A stretch of DNA of 54,620 bases, filler included, from Sphacelaria rigidula (Eukaryota): assembly GCA_964200075.2 (NCBI GenBank). It is 3 parts of 3 records of this genome, joined end to end, with 100 filler letters (N's around TTAATTAATTAA, not from the genome) between each part and the next. Parts side by side here need not be neighbours in the genome. Positions count along the whole stretch, not along the records: positions 1 to 18,141 come from CAXNAA020000904.1; positions 18,242 to 36,382 come from CAXNAA020000905.1; 1 more part is not named here. One strand, 5' to 3'. The notes below the pieces were generated by a model, which was not told where the DNA came from, searched no databases, and saw nothing but the letters and a program-made list of their open reading frames with translations. Within the stretch, counting starts at the first letter, position 1, and every line of letters starts with the position of its first letter. A program made the translations under genes and the position numbers. Below are positions 11,709 through 24,000 of this stretch, one piece after another.

Positions 11709-14700
11709 ATGATGTCTTGTCCGTTTGAAATTTCAGCGGCCGGTAACGGACACTACGGGCACAAGGTCAAATCTCACCCGGCGCCAGAATCCCGCGTGGG
11801 CGAGGAGGGCACCTCCAAGCGCAACATCACTCGGAAGGGAGGGGTCAAGGTGAGAACCTTTCAATCGGTCAAGCTCCGACGGACATCAAGGCCAACCAGA
11901 TTTTCAGGCCCTAGATTGTGAGTTCGCGTGTTGTTTTCCGCTTGTACCTGATTATGTGGTGTGAGACAAATAGTAATGTAGAAGTACGCCGCTTAATTTC
12001 GTCGGGCCAGCAAAGCATTTCACAATGTTTTCAATGAAAAAAGTATGATCTATCGACCAGTGAACCGCTGAATGTTGGATCTTCCCTTCAGATCCACTCG
12101 TGCATTGAGAAATTCGCATTGTCGTACATCAGTTCACTGACAGATGTCTTCGGTCAACACACCTTGGAATAGCATGGAAGTCTCGGCTCCTGAAGTCCTG
12201 AGACGTTGAATGCTGCGAGGGGGAATCCTCAACCTCGCGGCCATGCATGGTGTTGTGTATGTAAAGCCTGTAGAGCACGTGCAGCGATTCGCTCTTTATC
12301 CCGCTTTACAGTGAGGAGAATGCGACTCATGTAGTTTCAAGGAATACCCCCACCGCAATGTTCACCTTGAAGAGGTACGATGAAGGCGGAGTCGGAAGTC
12401 GCCGGCACTTCGCCAAAGGTGTGGCGGATGGCGTCGGATGTCGCAACAAGCTCGTCATCACGAGCGCCGAAGATTTGAACCGAGCATTGGATACTGGTTG
12501 ACTGGACATGTTGGCGTGGCCGCGAGATGCCTTGCGCTGTCCTTCAGTATATCGAAAACAATATTTTCGTGAGATTGAGAGTAAAACGTTGATTGCGGGT
12601 GGGTTTTGTCATTCGCTTTAACTTGACCAATTCTTCATCCTGTATGTGCTTTTCGTTGCTTGTAACACTGGCGTGTGCTTCCAGCTACACGTCGATATTT
12701 TTCTCAGACATATCAAGGGTCTCAGTTGCAAGCGACTACACAAGGCGTATCGGACCTCGTGAACGGTAATTTCGGAACTGAAATGTATCATGAACTAATT
12801 GACCGCTTCTCACTCTCAATCGCATCCTACACTCTCAATAACACGGAAACATTGTTCAACACGGTGCTGCTCGGCACGGCTCTGATTTCAATTGATTTTC
12901 CCTGCGCGTGCGCACCTCCTTGTGTCGAGACAGCTTTGCCGTGTCCCGGTGATATCCGCCCTTACCACGTATATATTGTCGTCAGTACCGAAAAATCAGC
13001 GATGTTGGACCCCTGAGCGCATTCCGACGTGAAGCTTGCTCGAGGTTCTATGCTTTAGCGTACCCCTGCCGCCCCGCCGCCCCGACACGCACGCAACAAC
13101 TGTACATAGGGGAAGGGTGGTGGCGGTGGCGGTGGCGGCGGCCACAAGGGACGGTGGGATCCCACCGATGACGGCAGCGAGGCCCAAGCTGTAGACGGCA
13201 TTGCTGACAAGGGCGACCCTAACTATGATTCCGAGGCCGACGACCACGACAACAACTACGTCTTGGTGAGGAAGCAGGCTTGGAATTTAGAGATGAGGAT
13301 GAATGATGGAACCACGTTACCTTTCTGCGGTCCGCTGATCGGGGAGACGATTAGAGACCGTAATGCGATGATGTTCTGCCTCTGTTACTCTCCTTTCCCC
13401 CGGGTTTCCTCTTCGTCCTCCACTCGCCCCCACCCCACCCACCTCTCTCTTCGTTCCTCTGGAACGTCCTGTATCCTCGCGTTTTTTTTCTTCTTATTGT
13501 GACGGGGGTCTTGTTGGTTGTCGTTGTCGTCGGTCGATGTTCGTGCACATCCATGTGTGGAGTCAACACAGGAGCGTTCAACTCTGTGATTCAGACGTAT
13601 AGTCACGTGTCCTTAAGAAAGCACAAGCCCGGTGGTGACCCTGGCAAGCAACTGCCACAGACACGATCCAGCCCCCGTATATTTCGCTGGTATCTTTCGG
13701 CCCACTGATTTGGCGTTGTCCCCCCCGCTCTTTCACCCCCCATCCCCGCATTTCGCGCCTGCGTGATGATTTGCGTCCACAGGTGTCTGATAGCACGGTA
13801 ATATCGCCAAATGACGTCTCCGGACCGCTCTACACGCTTCCGGAGTTCAAGCAGCGTCTGAAAACTATCCTCGAGGTCAGTTTCTACCGTATTTTCCCTT
13901 GCCCGCTTTATGGAGGAACGGGGGAACAGGCGCGAGGTCGTCCTTTTTACCCCTTTTGGAACTCACGATGCAAAATTAATCATTTGCAATCGACGGTTTT
14001 TGACCAATATATGGCTGATGGTCCACAGCTCAGACGCAACAATATTCGTCCAATGCGTATTTTTTAGACCCGTGCGAGTTACAAGTGGAGCAAAAGAAGA
14101 TTTCCTATTTACCGATGTGCCGTACCAGACCCGGGAATCCATTGCTGTTTCTTGAATGGAATGCCTCATGGTGTTTTTGCTGATTATTGCACACCCTGGA
14201 CAGAATAATACACGGTCAAAAGTGTACTGCGTACAGTATCGACTATTGCGCCTATTGCAACATAAAAAAGATTCCATACTGTACGCGATACATTTTTTTA
14301 CAATGGAATCTATTTGTCCAGGGTGTAAATTACTGTCGATGGGTGCAATTGGACGCACTTCATCCGTTGCGTGGTATGATTGAACAAACCTCAAATCTCA
14401 CCCGACCTCTCCAGGGAGGACATTTTTCCTGCACACGTCGCGTGTGCTACTGGGTTCTTCGGTCTTTCATTACTATAATAGTTGCCGTCGGCCTTTTCTG
14501 TCTCCATCTTTTCCTCTTTGTTAGGGCTCATCACCATGAGGCGTTTGGCCCGGGGACAGGAGCGTAGGGTTCCAAAAGGTTTAATGCTCCTTGCCGTTAA
14601 TATTGATATATGAAACGTGTCTCGCCTGTGCCCGTGTTCGGTGACCTTACTCTTCCCACCAGGAATATTTTCTCTCCGAAGATTTGGACGAGGTGCTACG

Positions 14701-17700
14701 ATCTATCAAAGAACTGGAGTCGCCGGCGTATCACTACGAAATCGTCAAGCGTGCCATCAATATGTCGCTCGACGCTAGAGACCACGAGGTGCAATATCCG
14801 TTGCCATGGATCCGCCATTTTCACGCCAAGTAAATGATGGGAACGTTCGGAGCAAGAACGACAAAGGGTTGCTTGGACAAAGTTGACGTAGTTTTACCGG
14901 GAAGTATTTCGTTTCCACGTTGATGAACGAGAAACGCTACAGGCACACGGGATGCAACCCGTTGTGCGGAATCTCTCTGATCTGCTAGCCAAATCCAGTG
15001 TTACGAATCCGCAAGATCTGAATGTCTGACCTAGCAGTTGTGGTGGTGCTCAAATGTGTGTTTAAGCGTGTACCATTCCTCACAACCGTCTTCGTACAAA
15101 TTTTGTAACCCAGTCTGAGTATGTGTATCCGATGCGATGGTGCGCGTGTTACGGTACATGGGCAAGCTTGCCGACGTGAGGTGGCGTCTCTTCGTTGCCG
15201 CCTCCCCAGAATCGATTCGCGTAAATGTCTGTCTCATTTTCTGCTGCGATGCACTTTGGGTTTTTTCTGTCGTGGCGTGGCGTGTTGTTTTGCATCCTGC
15301 AGAGGGAGCTGACGTCCAAGCTTTTATCAGAGGCCTACCCGGATATCCTCTCCAGCAGGGAAGTGTGCAAGGGGTTCGAGCGCCTGTTTGAAGTGATCGA
15401 CGACATCCAGCTAGACGCCCCGAAGTGAGTTTTCAAATATTTTGAATGATGGACTCGGCGTACATGTAACGCCAAAGCAACTGCTGATTTGTGCAAGGGG
15501 ACGAAAGGAAAGATCACGTGGCGATTCGGCGTTGTTCTGCCGCGCCCATGTGTGTAGCCGTCTTACTGACACGGGCGGGCGGTGGCCGATGTCCAATGGA
15601 AAAACAAATAGGTGCGCCTGTTTTTCAGGTCGTACAGTGCAGGGGTAATCTGGAAATACGGGCGTAAAGTATCAGACGGCTTCGAAAGCATACAGTTGAC
15701 TTTTGTTATCGACACAGCCTTGACCCTAAGCTACATACGGCGGTTATCATGTGCTTGTATTGAAGAGGGAGCAGCTTTCTAGTCAACACGTTGTGAGGCA
15801 GTCCGGCGATGCTCTTCGGTGACCCATTTTCACGTGCCCCCGTCCCTGCTGCCGGCGGTGTGCTCTCTTTCTTTCCTGGTGTCCAGCGCGCGTACCCTGG
15901 TGGCATCTTTCCTGGCTCGTGCGGTAGCCGACGAGATCCTCCCGCCCTCAGTACTGCGCAACGCCGCTTTCCTTAGCCTAGGAGGCGAGATTGTCAAGGG
16001 CGCAAGGCGCCTGCTGTCAAGGTATGTCTTGTCTGTCGCGAGGTCTTTGTTCGGGGAGAATTGAGACGATTCCAGACGTTTTGGTTCTGATGGAGACGGT
16101 CGGTGTCTATGCTTGCTGTACATTGTGTTGCACCCGTTAATGTCCCGTGCTTCATCGACCTCATGAGCTACTTCGCTTCTCCCACAGCGGCACCGTCCTC
16201 TATTGCCCGTCTGTGCCTGCGAGGTGACGCGAATATTAAACGGCACTGCGATGCACCCCTTATTTATGGTCGATTTTTTTATGCTGAGGTACTTCGGCTT
16301 GATAAACGCACTCGCATTCTCGATGGTTTTTGTGGTGCATCTTGTCCATGGAGTAGAGATCACGTCCTGTCACGCCTGGAACGTGTATGGGGTCCTGGTG
16401 ACGGCCGTCCAGTAGAAGAGCTCAAGGTGGCGATCGACCAGGTCAGTTGATACTGTAGCTGGATCACGCAAGAGTCTGCGCACCTCGTCACTATTCCTTT
16501 CTTTTCCTGTGCCTCGAACCCCTGCCCTACAGAGGGAGGTGTGTACAAAGTCTTGAGAAATGAACCCATCATTCCCCCGGTACGTTCTTGACTTTCCGTA
16601 TTAGAACGTTGGACCAGCACTCCCGCATTCCGTCGACTTTCGTTGAATCTCTTTGCTATGCTATTTGGGTCCTAACGCGTTCGATGGCGGAAACCGCGTC
16701 TGTCGGGACTCGACCCCGCAACCTTCCGCCGTAACTGACTATTTGTGCTGACTGACAGTACGCGTACCAGCTAGGCCACCGAAACGCGGCGTTTTTTTCA
16801 ACTACAAATACCCTCCTTTTTTTTTCTCCGTGAAGTGTGGACGAGGATCCCCGCCGTATGATCGTTTCATGGGTAGCGGTCGAATCGTAACCGCAGATGA
16901 TGGAGGATAGTTGTTGCAAAGCATCCAATTGCTACATCGGCTTTTATGCACAACTTTTTCGGTTGCGCCTCAGTTGCTGGTGGAGTATCTGCTGTCACGG
17001 CAGCTGGACGAGGCGGCGGCGTGCGTCAAGGAGTTGGATTGCAACCTCTTCCATCATGAGATTGTCAAGCGTGCTGTCAAGGTACGGAGATGGGCGTCGG
17101 GCGTTTGCGTCAAGGTGGTCGACGAGTTGTGCCTCGCTTATTTATTGGTTCCGAGTAGCTGACTGTCGCACCTTGACTGATTCTCCGGGGATCCAGCCGT
17201 GGTCACATGAAGAAAGTACCCGAGATCAAAACATGGAAACATCCGCTGCGCAATACTTGTCGAAATTTGTGCTCGATAGTCGTCGAAATATTTATAGTTG
17301 GGCGAGTATAAAGTTGTGGCACGTGAAGGTGTGCCGACGGTTCCAGATTAGCTCATCGCAAGCAAAGTGCACGTTTCAAGGCACTCTGATCCGTATGTAA
17401 CAATGTTTTCGTGAGATTGAGAGTGGCTTTGGTCATTTGCCTTCACTTGGCCATTTTTTCATTCCAGGTGTGCTGTTTTTTGCCTCTATCACCAGCTTAT
17501 GCTTACAGGTACACGTCGATATCCTACTCTGGGATATCAAGGGCCTCAGTGACAGGCTACTACAGAGAGCATATCGGGCCTCGTGGAGGGGCATTCCGGA
17601 ACTGAAACGATTCAGTCACGAATTGACCGCCTCTAACTCTCAATCGTATCCTCTACTCTCTATCTCACGAAAACATTATTATGTGCGGCTGAAACGGTAT

Positions 17701-17856
17701 GGCGCCCTCATCCGCGTGTGATTCTGCGTTTGGCAGACAGCACTAGACAAGACAGATGGTGACCGCACAGCTATGTCCTCCTTGTTGGCGTATCTCACCA
17801 CCAACGAGATCATATCCCACGAGCAGGCCAAGAAGGGCTTCGACAGGCTACACGAG
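11709..17856 (+). CDS. PDCD4: PDCD4-like MA3-domain translation repressor (multi-exon; start uncertain, 3' end cut by gap)
   Basis: GT-AG exons with consistent phases: 11737(or ATG at 11709)-11849, 13110-13265, 13783-13875, 14663-14788, 15303-15424, 15887-16021, 16357-16441, 16974-17081, 17737-17856. The product has the PDCD4-type N-terminal motif (KGGGG..HKGRWD...DKGDPNYDSE) and two MA3 repeats (EYFLSEDLDEVLRSIKELESPAYHYEIVKRAI...KGFERLFEVIDDIQLDAP...FLARAVADEILPP; EYLLSRQLDEAAACVKELDCNLFHHEIVKRAVK...KGFDRLHE). Confidence 0.9.
12557..12856 (+). mobile_element. MITE family A, copy 2 (intron of PDCD4-like gene)
   Basis: aacaatattttcgtgagattgagagta...actctcaataacacggaaacattgtt; internal homology to the other copies. 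Confidence 0.85.
17399..17680 (+). mobile_element. MITE family A, copy 3, ATGT target duplication
   Basis: atgt|aacaatgttttcgtgagattgagagt...ctctctatctcacgaaaacattatt|atgt. Confidence 0.88.
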
Positions 17857-18141
17857 GTGCGTGATTTGGATATCGTGTGTGCGCGCGTGGTACGGGGTAT
17901 TCGTTTGCCAAAAGAACACTGTATAATCATGGCTACAAGGAGATAATTGAAATGTGTGCATGTGACCGGCAAGCTTTGGCGTGTGGCAACTGGAGACAGG
18001 GTTCAAAAAGGACAACCTATGTCATCGCCACGGTTATGATTAGATCAATTCCCCCCCCCCCTCCTCACTAAAAACAGAGACCTGAGGAAATTGCGATGGC
18101 AGTATAGCGTAAAGAACATGCAAAGAAGAGGTTGCCAGCTA

Positions 18142-18241
18142 NNNNNNNNNNNNNNNNNNNNNNNNNNNNNNNNNNNNNNNNNNNNTTAATTAATTAANNN
18201 NNNNNNNNNNNNNNNNNNNNNNNNNNNNNNNNNNNNNNNNN
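18142..18241. other. Assembly gap, 100 nt with TTAATTAATTAA linker
   Basis: 44 N + ttaattaattaa + 44 N; the linker puts stops in all six frames. Confidence 0.98.
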
Positions 18242-18586
18242 GAAATGAACACTGCTTTTGGGTCTTATCTCAATTTTTTAGCTCAATTATTAGAATTGTA
18301 ATTTGAAACTCAGCATGGAGGACCACAGAGGTATGCAAAAATAAGAAATGGGCCTTCATTTTTTTTTTTGGAGAGGTTCAGGCGTTCTCGTGAAAAAATG
18401 GCCTTTACCAGACTTAAACGCCCTAAACCAATGAAGAAAATAAAAAAAACGACCTCACCCACCTTCGTTTTGTTGATTATGCCCTAGCCACGCCCTACAC
18501 AAAGTTTCAATACACAAACACCAAACGTGGGCCGGTAAATGGCCTGCAAAATACTATTCCGAATTTCTTCTGACCCTGTCACTAAA

Positions 18587-18858
18587 TATACGGCCAATAC
18601 TTGGAGTTGGACCCTGAAATTTGGTATGGACAATGAGTAGGGCATAATAAAAAAAAAATACTAGTGCACACAAGGTTTTTTTCTTTTTTTTCCATGAGTT
18701 AGGGGCATTTTACCGATAAAAATACCGATAAAAACTGATTATTGCCCTTTACTAATGAAAAAACAAACAAACTTGTGTGCGCCAGTAATTTTTTTTATTA
18801 TGCCCTACTCATTGTCCATACCAAATTTCAGCGTCCAGCTCCAAGTATTGGCCGTATA
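18587..18858. mobile_element. Foldback MITE (~95-bp arms), TA-flanked, nested near a family C right TIR (18891-18905)
   Basis: tatacggccaatacttggag.tggac.ctgaaatttggtatggacaatgagtagggcataataaaaaaa and its reverse complement. Confidence 0.88.
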
Positions 18859-19339
18859 ATGGACCTGCAAACTACAGAATCGCTTCTCGGCTGGCCCAGC
18901 TCGTAGGCGTTTGACCATTGGGGGGGGATGGGCGAGCGGAGACGATCTTATGTTGTTTGAGGTGTAAACACCCAATACAATTAACAAGCACCCATTTCAC
19001 AGAGGGGTTGGTCTTTTGGCGGCCGGTGGCACATGCCTTTATATATGGGGGGCCCACTTGAGATCGAGATCTACGCTTCGGGGACTGAACAGCCACGCAT
19101 ACTGCTTGAGAGACTCGTGGCTATGTTGAGGTTACGCCGCCTCTTTTTTCCCGGATAGTTTGGGCTGTGTACAATGCGTACGACACCCAAAGTAGCAAGG
19201 AGTCTTGAGACAGAGACATGGACATGTACGTGTACTGGTCGTCGGTTTCGCTCACTGGCCATTGCCCGTCCACATCTCCCGTCCTCTTCTCAAAAGGGGA
19301 CATGTGATAAGTAAACGAAGGTGGCATGAAATCGTTTGT

Positions 19340-19581
19340 TACGTTGGATATAATAGCGAGAAACCGATGGCTAAACTAGGAGATGGATGGCCGCAGACGG
19401 CGAAATACAAAGGAAGGTAAGATATGTTGGAGGTTTTTGTGTAATGTATGGAAGAAACGTAATGAGCACCCAAATGTTTGCGGTGTCTCTATTAGGAGTA
19501 GGCGCTTGGCGCTTCGTTTCGAAAGGGATGCGTGGTCAATGGTCACATGGCCAAGGCAAGCAACAAATGATCACCCCCCCC
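19340..19581 (+). mobile_element. LINE 3' end (family D: gggatgcgtggtcaatggtca...aaggcaagcaa); further copies ~20930-21030, ~38250-38425, ~41255-41320
   Basis: Shared 3' motif in several places, mostly followed by C-rich tails. Confidence 0.65.
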
Positions 19582-20010
19582 TCCGTGTAAGATAGGGATA
19601 GGTTGGAAAGTAATTAACTGAACAAGGGTTCACATCGCCGGTACGTGAGAGAGAGAACTAATGAAATCGTGGCGGAGGTTGTTTGAGAATCTTATGAATC
19701 ATACGTGCCAGTATTGTAATGGTGAAGGTTGAAATGCTTTTAAAACAGTCCGGTAGTGCAGAAGGAAGGGATGCAGACAGGACACACAGCCACCGGTAGA
19801 TTAATCTGTAGTATTGCACATATAAGCACTGTTTCCTTAGCGTCTGCGTCTTTCCCACCTTCGGTGCGTATGTCCAGCAGATGATCAAGTAGCAGGCAAT
19901 CTTGTACTCGACACAACGTGATGCATTTTGTACTTTCGGACAGCAACATCTTTAATCTAGCACGCTTGAAAACCTTTGCCAGCGGAATGGTGAAGTATCA
20001 GCAGGAAGGA

Positions 20011-20614
20011 ACGAGCTGGGCCAGCCAAGAGTAGGTGTGAAACTCGCTCAGGCAACGCATGGCGTGATTTTAGGAGTTGGACGCTGAAATTTTGACAGCA
20101 GCTTTTTATTATTGGAATGCAGAAGATCACTTGAGCAGCAAATAAAATAAAATAAAGTAAGGAAGTTATGGGGATTCCAAATTTCAGCAACAACAGGATA
20201 ATGCCACAAGTCCAGTAAAAAAATGAGAATCTGCAGCTGCTCACCTGATGTATCATTTCCTTGGGTGCAGAAGGTCTTCCTGGAATTTCAGCTCCAGAGT
20301 CGTCGAATTGGGCCGTGCATGCAACATTTTGCGTGACACTGCTGCACCCCTATAATTCAAGTGATGGGAGACTCCAATTATGGAGGTCATGAGTTCGAAT
20401 CCGGACAAATTCTCTTCTTTTTTTCGTCCGTCGTTGAGGTCATATATTATGCAGTACATTTTTTTTCATTTTTTTTCTTCATTCAGCGGCGGTGCCGTGT
20501 GTCACCGGGTTGGTCTACACTTCACAGTGATATGCTTACATCGGGTTCATTCGGGAAACTGGGGAAGCTGTAGTGTGAGCAACTTTTGGCAGCTTTTGAG
20601 CTGGCCCAGCTCGT
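20011..20614 (+). mobile_element. Family C non-autonomous element, TIR ACGAGCTGGGCCAGC, Tc1/mariner-like
   Basis: acgagctgggccagc...gctggcccagctcgt|a; internal ~300 bp homologous to 34985-35292. Other right TIRs at ~8922-8938 and 18891-18905, all ending ...cgta. Confidence 0.8.
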
Positions 20615-21069
20615 AGCGCGGGTATGAGCCATCTGTGGTCGACCGCACGTCCGTGATGAGGCCTTCAGTGGCACCGAAAATTGACCACTTGTACTGGGTC
20701 TGACACCATTAAGCTACATCTACAAGCCTCGTGCCATCACAACGTCGAACCCGCCTCGCTCCCGAACGATCTGCGACTCGATGCTATCCGCCTTGATTGA
20801 ATTTTCCTCGGCAATTTTCACCCGTGAAAAGATCCAGACGAGGCCCGTGTTGAAAATACCTCGTTTGTAACATGAAAGAAGTGTATTCCTGTGTTGCGTT
20901 TACGACCTCCCCCCTTCCCCACTCAACTCCCTTGTCCGGCGAAGACCCGGCGTGCTCCGTCTCGGCTTTGTAGGGATGCGAGGTTGATGGGCATATGACT
21001 CTGGCATGTAAGATCATGAGTACCCCCCTCCCCACCCCCTTATTTTCTTCTTTTTATGGTTTAACCCAG

Positions 21070-24000
21070 CCCGGAGAGACCGAAAATGACATGAAATTGC
21101 CGGACGACTACTGCGGCAGCTGTTACGGTGCCGTGGGCAACAAGTGTTGCAATACGTGCAAGGAACTCACGGACGCTTATACTGCCATGGGGTGGACGGT
21201 GCACAACATTCGAAGGTCGGCAGAGCAGGTGAGCATTGCCTTCAAACTCCACCAGTGCACTTGTACATCGCTTGCTACTATGGTGGTACGTACGGGTACG
21301 ATGGGAGTCCCGGTATAGCGCCGTGGTGGTGGACGCAGCTTTGCCCTACTGTGCACCATACTTGGATATCTTATTTGCTGTAGAGTTTACTGCCGTTGGG
21401 CTACAAATGTCCATGGTTGATATGACTTGATTTGAGTGTGTACAACGAGAATCGGAATTTTGGTGGGGCTGACAGTCCCGTGTGCTCCCCGCGTGCGCAA
21501 AATGCGTTTTCGTTAAAATCGGCGCCACAGGCGCCAATCTGGGATCTACCAAGGTCACACTTTGACTAGGTAACGTATGTACGGCCCTTGCCCGAGGGTT
21601 ATCGGGTCAGGGTTAGGAGTAGTGATACGTGTAAAATTGTGAAAACCATAGACATTTGTACCGCAACGCCGGTAAACTAGCCTCCTTATTATATGTGTCC
21701 CGTTATATTTTTTTCACCAAGGGTGCTTGCTTTAGTTTGTGTGTGTGTTCGATTCGCGTTCCCATTTTGTCTACTTGGTGCGGTGGATACTTTTGAGTTC
21801 TTCGTTCTTGTGTCTTGCCGCCTCTCTTGTTGCCATGAAGTCTTTTCAACACTTTATTGTTGTGTTTGTTGACGGTTTCCTCTCAGTGCATTCGCGATAG
21901 CCAAATGGGAACTCCCGTCGAGGAAGGGGAAGGCTGTCGACTGTACGGCTTCATGGAGGTTAACAAGGTATGGGGTATGGATGCATTGTTGATACTGACA
22001 CGAGGCACATGGTATCCGCTCGAAGATCAGCATGCCAGTTGCACATCACGCAAGAAGTGTGTGTGCTGCCTTATTTATGCTTTTAACAATGTTTCGTGCG
22101 ATTGAGAGTAGAGGATATGATTGAGAGTGAGAAGCGGTCAATTAATGAGCGAAATGTTTCAGTTCCGAAATGCCCCTCAACGAGGCCCGATACACCTTCT
22201 GTGATGGCTTGCCACTGAAACCGTTGATATCTTTTCGTAGCATATCGACGTGTAGCTATAAACACACGACAGTGTTTCAGGCAAAGAAAAGCACAGACAA
22301 AATGAAAAGTTGGCCAAAGTTAACTCACTCTTAGTCAACGCTGAACTCTCAACTTTACGAAAACATTGTTTTTTGTTCAGGGGGACCGAGTCGCTCTTGA
22401 TCATGGCGACAGATGACGGAACGATGATTACAAGTATGGTCGTGAAGATTAACACCCCAGCGCGTAGTTGCTAACCGCACATGCATCAAATCCTTCGAAC
22501 AGGTATCGGGGAACTTCCACGTGGCCGCAGGAGAAGGTGTGATGAGCGACGGTCGTCACGTCCATCAGTACAACATGGAGGAAGCTAAGGGTTTCAACAC
22601 CAGCCACAAGATACACACGCTGTCATTTGGAGAACCGTATCCGGGGATGCGGCCGAACCCGCTGGACGGCACGGGGCGAATTATCGATGAGGGTGCGTCT
22701 GTTGTCTTCGGATCTAAAAATGAGGCGAGAAATCAATATTCAAGCGTCGGCAACTCAGCGTTGAAGCTCTGCCATGGCTCATCTTTAAGAATCGATTATC
22801 GTGCGTCACGTCATGCTCGTGGGAACGAAAGTGATTGAATTTGCTCCTGGAAAAAAATGTGTAAAGAAAACGGCGCCGCCACATACCGCCAGTCCACAAG
22901 CTGGGGAAATAATTCTGCTTACAGCTGAGGACGATGTTGCCGTATCGAGCAGGGCAAGATCTCTTCCTTGAAGTTCAAGTTTACAGTTCGAACACACTCT
23001 CGGTTGGTCTTAATCGCCACAAATTGTACCCTTTTGCGTCCGACATGTGTGCACCAGATGTGGGCACGGGATTATTTCAGTATTTCATCAAGCTGGTGCC
23101 AACAATCCACACGATTGCCCCAGACTCTTCTGAGGAACAGTCCGAGCAACGATCCGAAACACGACGAGACGCTACGGTCACGACTAGCCAGTTTGCGTAT
23201 ACCTTCAAATTTCGGTCGTTGAAGGGCTTCACCGAGTACCATCGAGGCACGGACGCGGATGATCCAGAGCATCACGCCGCGCATGGGAAGGAGCGCGGGG
23301 AGGAGGAAACGCCGCCGACCCAAGTCTTACCAGGTGTAGTATGTGGCGCTGTCAAATTTTCGAGTTCATTTCATGTTTTCGTTTGCTATCCCCTTCCTTC
23401 GGCTGCAAACCATTTGGGGATCGTTTTATTGCAGAAACCGTTGGTATCTTGGAGTAAAAATCAAGTAACAATGCGCGGCAGCAGGGGCTTGATTTTAGGA
23501 CAATTGATTCGTACAGTATAAATCGACCTTTGGGCCTTGTTTTCAGCGTTGCAACCCAGGTGCGCGCACCGCAGGCACCGGGAATGGCGCGATTTTCGCG
23601 TGGATATTTTTCTAACCCACGGTCGAATTTTCCATAAGTTGGACAGCTCATGAGCTACCTGAATATTGCTTCCTATTAGTGTACTGATCCGGATCACGAG
23701 CTAACTCATGTGACCGCGTTTTTTCCCATATTTTCTCCTACAGTAGTGCTGGACACCGAGCACGCGGAGTAGCGTAAAGGTTGCGCTTTGACTTCTCCGA
23801 CCCTGCTGTCGCGTAATATGTGTTTTTGGATGAGGGATCTGAGAGTCCCTTTCGAGAGTAGTTATTTTGGGCAGGTAGCTCACGAGCTGTCCGACTGGTG
23901 AACTTTTCTTTCTTCTCTTGTTCGAGCAATCAGGCTTCAAAAACCGTATTTTTGGTGATTTCATCAGGCGATGCTTCGTTCGACCCTCGCAAAGTACAAA

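Noticed and set aside
12675..13016. ORFs recurring at several loci (e.g. YQGSQ, DIKGLS peptides)
   Set aside because: Chance frames inside non-coding MITE family A copies; not conserved in frame between copies.
18186..18197. TTAATTAATTAA as biological piggyBac sites
   Set aside because: Centred in N runs and identical in both gaps: artificial linker.
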